NCBI GenBank assembly: GCA_964187785.1
Contig: OZ076412.1
Coordinates: 42,656,001-42,720,000, forward strand
Reading direction: 5' to 3'
Length of the DNA stretch: 64,000 nucleotides
DNA from: Amphiscolops sp. MND2022
Taxonomy: Eukaryota
The position numbers were made by a program, and so were the translations under genes. Within the stretch, counting starts at the first letter, position 1, and each line of letters opens with the position of its first letter. This document shows positions 24,001 through 36,000 of this stretch, in pieces. Under the pieces are notes generated by a model. The model had not been told where the DNA came from. It saw nothing but the letters and a program-made list of their open reading frames with translations, and made no database searches.

Positions 24001-27000
24001 TTATCTCTTTTCTAAGCATACTAGACAACACTTATTTTCCTTGTTGACCCTTTTCAACGTTCCAATTGGCGAAGTTTGACAAAAATTTGGAAAAATTGCA
24101 TGAAATCTTTGAAAATTGGAAATTTTTAGGATTTTTGTCATTTTCGGTGTCAATTTGAGACATTTTCAACCAGAATATTGCAATTATGTCTTCATTAAAG
24201 ACTACGGGACGTACCAATTTTTTCATTGTTGACCCTTCAAAACATTCCAATCCACGAAGTCTGTGAAACTTTAACAAAAAATGCATAAAACTTTACTTTG
24301 AAAGTTGGAAAATTTTGTGTTTTTTGTCAATTTCGGTGTCAATTTGAGACATTTTCAATCAGAATATTGCAATTGTCTTCATTAAAGACTACGGGACGTA
24401 TCGACTTTTTCCTTGTTGACCCTTCAAAACATTCCAATCCACGAAGTCTGTGAAACTTTCACAAAAAAGGCATAAAACTTTACTTTGAAAGTTGGAAAAC
24501 TTTGTGTTTTTTGTCAATTTCGGTGTCAATTTGAGACATTTTCATTTAAAAAATTGCAATAAACTCTTAAAAATGGTCACTGGACAACCAACGTTTTCCT
24601 TGTTGACCCCTTAAAACGTTCCAATCCACGAAGTCTCCAAAATTTGACGAGAAATGCGTAGAAACTTTGAAAAATGGAAAATTTAGGGACTTTTGTCATT
24701 TTCGGTGTCAATTTGAGACTTTTTTCAGTAAACAAACAGCCATTATCTCTTCGGAAACGCCTACTGGACAACAAACCTTGTACCATGTTGATCGTTTTCA
24801 ACATTCTAGTCCACGAATTCTATCGAAAATTTGACAAAAACTGCTTAAAAACGTTAAAAATCTGCAAATTTTTGGTTTTCTTTGTCATTTTTGGGTCTTT
24901 TTCTTTCGTAAAAAACCTTTTATCTCTTCATAAACGACTACTGGCCACCGAGTTTTTGTCTTTGTGAATCTTTTCAACATTCTAATCCACGACATTTATC
25001 GGAAACTCGACAAAAATTGCATTAAAACGTAAAAAAAATGCAAATTTTCTTTTTTTTGGGGTCATTTTTAAGTTATTTTGGGGTCATTCTGTGGTCCTTG
25101 GGGTCAACTAAAAAAGTCCGGAAATCTCCACAAATACAATTCGCACGAAGCTAAATTTATGTGAGCTGAATTCTATGGGTGAAACCCTTTAGCTTTGATA
25201 TAAATAAATTCTTGGCAAATTTTGTAAAAAAAAAAACCCGTTCGATTTAAATATTTTCCTTTCCCATATGAAATATGGGCGGAAAATAAAAATCTCAGTA
25301 CCCAATATTTGACTTGACATCCAAATAAGTATGTTAAAACTGAGAGGAAGGGTTTTTGGACAATTTTTTATCATTCTGGCACTTTGCAGAACTTTAATTC
25401 GCTTCGACCGGGTTGGAATAAGTTACGACGAAAAACCACTGTAATAGCCGCGTTTTATTTGATATAGCGTCTAAAAAACTGCATTCTTTCTCGAATTATA
25501 TTGCTCATCAACCAGAATTTTGAACGCGGTGGTAATAGGGATGAAATGATTTTGCATGAGAGGAGCTGAGATGGTTCATGATTCATTTGGAAGAATAGCG
25601 GAGCCAAATTGCAAAATATCAATTCAACTCAGGGCCCTTTCAGCTGTAGGGTGCCAATCAGCCTAATATTTACTTAGTTGAAAATGAAAAAGCTTTCACT
25701 TAGCTGAAAAATTGCATATTTCAGCGTGTAGAAATGATAGTCATATTTTTATATTGGTTGTATGACTCAGCCTTAGACAAAACTAGCCGCTGTAGTAGTA
25801 ACAAGACGGGAACGTCTAAAGTCGGCGCTATATCTTAGGCTCAAAAAACGCAAAAGATTTTTAAAAAAAAAACTTGAAATTTTTGATTTTAAAAATTGTA
25901 AAAGCGGGACCCTTTTGGCTTTTTTGAAAATCCAGTTTGTTGCAAAATATAAAAAAATATCATGTACTTGCGCATACATTCGGAATGTGTCTTTGTCCAA
26001 TCAAATTTTAGAATGAATTGGATCACCCTTTAAGAATGAATTCAATCGCGCGTTGAAAATGAATTTATACTGGTGAAACCGATAAAAACTATTCGTTTTT
26101 TAGTCGGCGCTTCATGTAGTGCAACGCGACTACTATAGTGACTGTTTTTTTTCAATCCACACGAACTGGGCAAAATAATTCTACAAAGTCCTACGAAATT
26201 TTACGGTGTACCATTTGAAGTAGAGAACTGAACCAAAAAGGTCTTTCCTTTTTTCCGCGTAATATACAAAACCGGGCGAGACTGAAGGGTCCTTTGTGAG
26301 ACTTTTTTCAGAAACAAAATCTTTCCCAAAGAATCCCGCTTTCAATTTTTCGATAATTTGCAGGAGAATGGATGTTAAAAATCCCAGAAGGTCCCCTTTC
26401 AGTTTTTTTTGGCATCGTGAGACTTTTTTTGAGAAATTTAAATGTCTTCAAAGGGTTCCCCTTCAATTTTTTGATAATTTGCAACAGAATGGATGTTAAA
26501 AAATCCGAAATGGCGCGCCAATGCTGTCCAACTTTTCGGGTTTTTCGGGTTTTGTAAAAAATACTTGACACTTTGAAGTACTTTTCCTATTTTTGAGCCT
26601 TAGTTATGGCGCCGACTTTATGCCATTTCCCGGTATTAAAATACCATCTACATCCAAAAACAGGCAAGTAGAGACGTTTCTCATTATTTCTGTATAACAT
26701 CGACAATAAACTTGTCCTCAAATGAGGACAGCCAATTTTTCGCAATCAATAAAACATTAGGAAACACAAAAAAAACATTGGAAAACGAAAATTTGTTTTT
26801 CTTATCGACAAACTATTGGACAATCTATTGGGGCGTCTGATTATTTGTGTCAATATAGTTCGTTTCCGAGCCATCGGCAAAAAAGTACAGAGTAAAATTT
26901 GCAAAAGGCATTTCACAAAATTTACTTTTTTTCAATAACTGAGCACTTGTCCCTTCATCTCAATTGATTTGAAAAATTTCAATAGCTTCTTGTCATTGTG

Positions 27001-30000
27001 ATATCATGCAGATATCATGACCTTCAAAACTATGAACCTAGACAGAGAGCATACTATTGTTGTTAAACATAAAACTCTAATTACTGTCAATTTGAGTTTA
27101 CTACATTTTGTGTTGTACAATAGAGTATTGACCATTGTACTTGAGATTGATACTATAGATTAGTTGCTAAAGAAGATACGAATTTATCGTCTTAGATAAA
27201 GAGCATTTTTACCGTAATAGACCGAGATTACAACATGGCGCAGTAGCAAGATTTACTTTTATCCGTAAATCCAATTTTAACCGACCAAATACCAATGACG
27301 ACAACCAAGAGTAATATATTGCTACCATACCTTGAAGACACCGGACTCGATGGAAAAAAATTATCCACCCCCAAAGAATGGACCGAACGATTACGGCATT
27401 ACATAAAACGAATCCATGATATCGATATAAAACCGGCTTTATCCGGGGAAACAATGCCAACAAGTAACGAATGGACAACAAAAGAACCGGAAATAAGACA
27501 AGATTTCATCTGGGGAGCAGGACCATCGGCAATAGAGACGATCACCAAAGGAGAATTCAACACAGATCCCGACACCATCGATACAGAAAGTCTCATCCAA
27601 TTATTCAAAGATTATTACATGCCAAAGCGAAACACCTACCACAGCCGAGGGGATTTCTTCTGGGCGAAACAAGAAGACAACGAAACCCCGGAAGAACACT
27701 GGCGAAAATTAGTATCCCTCGAAAAGAACTGCGAATTCAAAGATATCAAACAAGAAGACCTACTAATATCAAAATTTATCACTAGTATTACCAATAAAAA
27801 ACTACGGGAAAAACTCATCCGCGAAAAAACCCTGAATTTGAAAACTACCATGGATCTGGTAACCCAAGATAGCTATGAAAAGAGACACAAGCAATCAACA
27901 ATACAACTAGCACTGGCGAAAGAAAAAGAAATAAAAGAAGAACCCATACAGAAGATACAACCACGAAACTCGGAAAAATACCGAAATAACAGCAAAAAAC
28001 AACAACTGCGGTTTCTGCGGACAGCAAAACTGGTCACCATCACACAAATGCCCGGCAAAAACGGCAGAATGCAACAATTGCCACAAAATGGGACACTTTG
28101 CAAGAGTTTGCCGCAGCAAAACCAATAAGAACACAAGAAAACAAAAAACCAACTACCTGGAAGAAACATACACCGAAGAAGAAGAAAGTGAACCAGAAGA
28201 AATACAACAAATCACGCAAATCAATAGAGTACTACCGGATGAAAACGACAACTACGGGATCAAACTAAAAATTAACGGCAAATACCAAAATTTTACCATT
28301 GACACCGGCTCTCCAGTTACAATAATGCCAAACAACCCAGAACTCTACAACCAAAGAGATATAAAACCCCTGAAAGAAAGATATCAAGACGTAAACAAAA
28401 ACGAAATCCAATTCCTCGGGAAAATATGGGCCGATATCGAATATAACGGAAAGACGACAAAATTACCAATCCTAATTACAAAAAGAAACGACATCACCCC
28501 ATTATTAGGCGTGAACTGGTTGAAACAATTACCAATCACCATCAACAAAATTCAATTGGACGAACCAATCAACCAATCAGAAACCATCTACGCGAAATTC
28601 AACAAACTATTCGAAACAAACCATACAATTAAAAATATAGAAGTGAAAATCCAAATAAAGCCAGGATGCTACCCCATCCAGCAGAAAGCCAGACCGATAC
28701 CGTACCATTTACAAAAAGACGTAAAAAACGAACTGGACCGATTAATAAAATCCGGACATCTCGAACGATTAGAAACAATCGAAGAAGATTGTTTTGTATC
28801 ACCCGTTGTAATTACGGTAAAAAAAGACAAGACGGTAAAAATCGCACTAGACGCACGAAAACTCAACGACAGCTGCGTAAAGAAAAGGCCACACATGCCA
28901 AATATGGAAGAACTATTAAATCAAATATCAGCCGAACTATCCAAAAACGACCGTGACCCAATTTGGATATCCGTAGTAGATCTTGACTACGCATACGGAC
29001 AAATGAAACTGGCCCCCGAGACAAGCAAACACTGCAACTTTGCAATGACAGGAGAGAAAATAAATGGATATTACCGATTCTTAAAAGGATTCTACGGTCC
29101 CGCTGACATACCAACGATTTTCCAAGAGAAAATAGACAGAACCCTGGGTCACCAAACACCAGTTTGGTTAGATGACATTATAATTGTCACACGCGGAACC
29201 AAAGAAGAACATACCCGAAAATTATATTCGGTACTAACAAAACTGGAAAATGAAGGCTACCAAGCAAGCAAAGAGAAGTCAAAATTTTATCAAAAAGAAA
29301 CAATATGGCTCGGACATACGATATCACAAGACGGAATCAGACCAAACAAAGAAAAGACAGATGCGATAAACAAACTAGAACCACCAACAAACGCCAAAGC
29401 ACTAAAATCCTTCCTCGGAGCAATACAGTATTTTGCGAAATTCATACCGAATTTATCCGAGAAAACAGACAACATGAGACAACTACTCAAAAAAGGGACG
29501 AAATGGGAATGGACAACCGATCGAAATTCGGACTTCAACAAGATAAAACAAGAACTAACATCATTACCCTGTTTGGCACACTACAACGGCAACAAAGAAA
29601 ACATCGTCACAACCGACGCATGCAAAACCGGTTTGGGAATAGCACTCTGGCAAAAACAAGGCAACGGAGAACTAAAACCGATAGCATTTGCCAGCCGCTA
29701 CCTAAACGACGCCGAAAAAAAATATTCTATCGGAGAACTAGAACTACTAGCCGTCGTATGGGGCTTGGAAAGATTTAGATTCCATTTATATGGCAAACAA
29801 GTCCAATTATTCTCGGACCATCAAGCACTAGAACCCTTCCTGAAGAGAAATAAGACAAATAAACAATATAGTGCGCGACTAACACGATGGTTAGACAGAT
29901 TGAACCACTTCGACATCTGTTTAAAACACACTGCCGGCAAAGAAATCAAATTCACGGATTTTACCAGCCGAAATCCCACCGAAAATCCAGATCCGGAAGA

Positions 30001-33000
30001 AAATTACGAAGAAGAATTTGTTATTAACGCCATCGGGCAACTAGCAACGGTAAACGCCCGAATAGGACGGATTTTCGACCAATCAGAAGACGCGACCACG
30101 GCAGCCGAAGCAAACATGCGTGATACGCGCTCGCTAATTGACACGCGACGCTACCAAACAAACAAAAGCCATATTGATTTTAATTACCGTATACAACAGC
30201 ATTCATCCAATACTGACTGTATAAAAATGAATAACAATGAAAACAATACACGCTTCTTCCGCACAGACGGACAATTACGACACCATTGGGGTGCAGATGA
30301 TGATATCATGGCTATTATCAATGCAAGAGACAAATCACCCGAAACTACGGAACTCGTGAAAAGAAGAGTACAATTGGCGAGACCGGGTGTAATGAGACCA
30401 CATTTCAACAAGAACTTGGGCCGAGAAATTTACATACCGAGAAGACCGGAAGAAGATGAAAGAAGAGAAATAAAGCGAATTGACATTCAACTGAGACAAA
30501 AGATCAGAGAGCAACATATCGGCGGAGGATATTTTCAAAACTTTGGGAACGACATTCCCCAGAGACAAAACACCGAACAACAACAAACCGAGAGAAATGA
30601 ACCGGCCCCAGGAAATGAAACCAATCGAGATACAGAATCCACCGTCTCAAACAACTCGGAGGAGCAGTAGCCACCCACGAACCCGGAACTTACCCAGCAA
30701 TACCAGTCCAAGAATACAGAGACGGGCCAATCGAAGAAATTGCCGTACACTACGTGAGAATTAACCGTGTAGTTGAAGAAAAACCGAAGCGCAACAGACA
30801 ACAAGAAGATAACGTCAGATCGGCAGAACTAGATTTCATGCTAGACTTGGAAACGATAATCAAAGAGACGGCCGCTGACCCTGATCTCATCGAATTAAAC
30901 TGCTGCATCGAGGACAACAAATTGGACCAAATTCCGCAGAACTACAAAACTGTAGCCAAGAAATTGACATACCGTTGGGGCATTATATTGGTTGATGACC
31001 GCATCGTAATTCCAAAATCATTACGCTACGCAGCACTCAATGCACTACATTTTGGACACCCCGGGATAAACAAAATGTACAACGACGCAGCAATATTCTG
31101 GTGGCCGAACATGCGGGAAGATATTGAAAAGAAATCAAAAACCTGCTCAGCCTGCCTCAACGCTGGTAAGAATCTAAAATTCCAAATACCTCAAACCGAA
31201 AAATCAAAAATTGAACCGCCAAAAACACCTGGCGAAGAAATACAAATTGATTTTACGGGAAATCTCAACAATAAAAAATTGCAAAGCAATCTGTTTATAC
31301 TAATTGCGGTGGATAAAAATAGCCGATGGCCAGTAGCAAAAATATGTAAAAATACGAACCATGAAACCGTAATTTCATTTCTGGATGAATACATAAATGT
31401 ACACGGAGTACCGAAACAAATAAAGTCGGACAAAGGCGGCGCCTTCATCTCCAAAGAATACATAGAATACTGCAAGACGCATAATATCAACCGCATATAC
31501 GGTACGGCAAACCTACATACTGGCACCGGATTGGTCGAGCGCACAATCCAATCGTTGAAGAACTTAACTCTGGCAAATTTAGAAGACAACCAAAATCTTC
31601 GTGAAAGCGTAAATAGAGCACTATCGTCCTAAGATTTACAATACACTCAGAAACAAAGAAAACTCCGTTTGAATTGCATTTCGGACGGACACCAAGAACC
31701 AAACTGTCTAACTTAAAAAATTCTATTTCAGTGGATTCCAAAGATTTCTCGGTGTACATCACCAGAAATTCAACCGGACAAATCACGGATCATCTGGTAA
31801 TGTCAAAGAAAAAGATAGCCGAACCAAGATACAAACGAGGGATGACATTCTCCCAAACAAAAAAACCGACCAGTGCGGTAAGTAAATTTGAATATCCTTT
31901 CAAATTTTACGAAAAAAAACCACAAAAAAGGATCCATGGAAAGTAAATTCAAAAATAAAGTACAAACCGCTGTATCTGGAACAAGACACACCGTGACAAC
32001 GGATAAAATTAAAATTATCCACAGGAAATTAATATCCAACCTACCGTTTCAGCAAACAACAACACAGGCAAAGAAGATCAACACCCGCCAAAACACCGCA
32101 GACCAACCCACCTGCTCCCAAACACTGGACAATACAACCACCAGCGGAGCACCCTGCATCTACAGCAGGAAAGAAACACCGAAGAACACCGCAAACTACG
32201 AAAGAAGCGAGGACTGGTCGAAAAGAAAGGAAATACCCAGAAACAACAAGGGACAATTTACTTCACCAAACAAAAACACAGAAAACTTGAACCTGAGCAT
32301 CATATCTGACGACGACGACGACTTCGAATGTTACAACAAAGCGGAAGGAAAACCGATACAAGTCAACATCGAAGATGAACTTCAGCTCCACCCGAAGGAA
32401 ACTAACCTGACACCGGAACAAGGTAGCTATAAAAGGAAAAATAGAACAGAAAAACCGATAGACCCGGTCAGAAGATCTAATAGACTACCTTTTGCAAAAC
32501 AAACCGAAAAATTAGGCGGGATACTGTACCACTTTAGTAACAATAAGAAAAAATTAACTAACCACGGTAATCTATTACAGGAAACAACAGCGGAAACAGC
32601 GGAGAGAAATGAGACGGAGAACGACCGTCCAATGCGGCAAAACAATGAAAAAATCTGTACCATACGGCCACTACAACAAACCCCCATTGGACAACTCCGA
32701 AGAGGGGGGAATGTGATATCATGCAGATATCATGACCTTCAAAACTATGAACCTACACAGAGAGCATACTATTGTTGTTAAACATAAAACTCTAATTACT
32801 GTCAATTTGAGTTTACTACATTTTGTGTTGTACAATAGAGTATTGACCATTGTACTTGAGATTGATACTATAGATTAGTTGCTAAAGAAGATACGAATTT
32901 ATCGTCTTAGATAAAGAGCATTGTTACCGTAATAGACCGCGATTACAACAGTCATACATTTCCTCAATATGAGGAGTACTAACCGTCGGCTGTGCGAACA

Positions 33001-36000
33001 TAGGTGATTCCCGTTTCGGGGTCTACAAACACTTCCATGCCTGGATTTCGTCTTTCTCCCAGATACATTTTGCCAGTGATTGGGTCCACGTACATTTCCA
33101 AGTGATCGCCCAATTCTGAAATACGTGAATCATATGTTTATCAATGAAACAAACGCTGTGAAAAGATTGAAGATTTCTGTTCAAATATGTATTATAAGTT
33201 CCGAAAATTTAAAAATTTTTTTACCGTGTTCTAGTACCGTGTTTTCTGCAGATGTTTTACACCCAGTTGTAATCTAGACATTTGCCGGAAGGCAAAGCAC
33301 AATGAGCATTCAGAGCGCCCAGACTATTGTCAGTTTCAAGGGAAAGTTTACAATTTTTTTGTGTGAATAAAAATTCCTAGTTAAAACTCGGGAACTTTTT
33401 GGTTATACCGCAACGAGTAAGATACTAACCCATACATAACCAGCAAGTCTGCATCACATGGTCAAAATAGGAAAAACGCCACCAAAGTTTTTCAAATCAG
33501 TTTTTTGATATAAACTCCCTGCAAATTCACGTCGTACCAATGATTCATGTACACTTTAGGCCTTTAGGGGATACAAAAACGAACCATATTCTGATATAAA
33601 TAACCACAATTCAAATGGCCACATTGAAAACTACAATGCGGTCAGGAATATCTGTCAAAAATTTTGAAAGTGACCGATTTTATGAACACTTCATTCTCAT
33701 TGACAAGCCTCGAATTTTTCGATGAAGCCGTCATGTTTAACCCAAACTGCCTTTGTTGACTAACATTGTTAAAAGACTCCCGTTGCAAGCTGCGGCAGAT
33801 AAATTTTCATCACGTGTCTAGATTGGCCGATTTAGTAAAAGCGACTGAAAGGGGGAAAATAGTCTGATGTGCTACTGGTCATTTGATAAACTTGATTACT
33901 TGTAGACGATACTTCTCACGACTTCAAAAGGTTGCGGATTGATGTCAGCGATATAGTTATTAGAATCGATCCAATAAGGTTGGAACCGCGTTGGGACACC
34001 TAGGCCCCGGACTATTAGCAGTGAAACTAGGACAACCACTCAACTGGCACATCTGCAACGCTTCAATTAAGTCATACTAGTTATGAAACCGATAGCCCAT
34101 GAAATATTGAGACAGTTGCGAACGTTTTCGGAACCCTGATGCAAGCGTAGGGTAAGGACTGGCCCAATGTAAACTAAACCCGAATATAATGTATATCTTC
34201 ACCAGTCAACCTACGATCATTAAATTTTCTCAAGATACACACCTACCACTTTTGAGTGAAATACATGCAAGTAACATTCATAGGTGCAGCGCGCGAGGAG
34301 TATTGTTCCTCGAAGATACGCGCGTGCCTAGTCCAAGACACACGTTCAACTTTGACTTATAATATATTGAATGGATCACAATAAGAAAAGTAGTCAGTCG
34401 CAACCGAGCGAGGGACTATATCAATACCCTATCCGTGGGGTAACCGCGTTAAGTAAACAAACCATCTTGGAATCATGTAACTCGGAATCGAATAACCCTA
34501 TGTTCATCTAGCACGACATAGATGACCATTATATGACACGGGAACGCATCAAGGCTATATGTGGACCTGAAGGTCTTTCCAGTGTGGCCACACCTGAACA
34601 TATTCAAAAACATGCATTTAAACATGTGAATGAGCCTCTCTTTCGTTCTACTCTATGCATTTTAATGCAATAGAAGCGACGGTGTGCCTCGTTCATACTG
34701 ACGGGAGAAGTTTCCTCACATGTAATTCATTTAACTGGAGGTCATTGAAAGATTGTACCTCCTTCAGAAAATTCTTTGAAAGACGAACTTCAGAGAAGTT
34801 GTTGAAAAATTTGTAATTGGAGGTAAAGAATGTCTAGTCGAATTATCACTATGTTGGCAGCGGCCAGCCATGGCGTAAAAAAGTAAACATATGCAAACTT
34901 GAGATGCCAACACCCAACACCTAGTAATGTAAAAGTCTAGTATGACAGAATGTGAGAATGAGATCACAAGAAACACGTGAAATGAACAGATATACCTTGC
35001 GAGGAAACGAAGTAATTGAAAAGAAACAAGAAAAGAGCTCGGAGCTTGTTTAGTGTCGCAAGGTTACATGAGTACTGTGCTGTCGCTAGCTCTGCAAGTT
35101 CGAGGGTCGGCAGTGCATTTACTGACAGATCCAGGACAGACTACTAGGTTTGTTGAAGTTGGAGCTTCAGCGAGATTGAATGCTGACCAACGTAACTGTC
35201 TGAATCGCGGTTTTTGTGTAATTGTGTCTTTTTATTGAGAACTATTTAATGCATTGAGTGAAATTATTCGGTTGGATTTTTTATTTATTCTCTATGTACT
35301 AAAATGAAATGATATATAATGATTTTTCAGTTGATAAACGGAGCCGATAGGGCAAAAACAGAAAAGAATTTAACAGTAATTTGTAAAAAAAAGTTGAAAA
35401 CTTTTGTTTGCCCATTAGGACATCCTTTTTTGGATTAATAGTCCGGTTAGAGGTAAAGTCTCTTGACCCCCCAAATTGTCATTTTCTTGTAGGTGTCAAA
35501 ACTTCATAGCAATTACTCGGAACTCTCAATTTACGAATTATTAGGTGAAGCAAAAAACTGAAGCAAAAAATTTCAGTCCTTGAAAGTAATATTTGTGAAC
35601 ATGGTGGTGGAACTTTTCAATTTCCTGTCACTCATTTGTATCGAAGGTATCGTTACGTAGTCACGTCTGCAACTAAAGGTGGTTTGAACCTTCCGAAAAC
35701 GTTGAAACATCTTAAGTCGTTTGGTTTTCACTTTTGATAAATGAAAGTTATTTCTCTTCCATGAAAATCTGAACAAATGTTGACAAATGTTCATAGATTG
35801 GAAACTCAAACTTCAATTGATGCGTTCCGTTTTTAGTCGGCGCTTTTCTTAAGAAAAGAGCCCGACTATTACAGTCACTCGTTTTTTTTCTTTTTTTTAT
35901 TTAAGACAGACTCGAAGCGACGTACGTTAAAATTAACGTTCAACTACTAAATACAGTACTAAACTACTGGACCGCTAAAGGCAAACGGGGAGCGCATTTA

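Noticed and set aside
24030-25050. Regularly spaced repeats resembling a CRISPR array
   Set aside because: Whole ~186-bp units are homologous (no unique spacers), the context is eukaryotic, and there are no cas genes.
27960-28090. Programmed gag-pol frameshift in Gypsy-2
   Set aside because: The shift falls before the zinc knuckles, Gypsy-1 has gag-pol in one frame, and three other indels exist; more likely mutation or error.
18720-32950. Functional link between the tetraspanin and the adjacent env-less Gypsy (vesicle-mediated spread)
   Set aside because: The tetraspanin lies outside the LTRs, has introns and is 5 kb away; proximity alone is no evidence.
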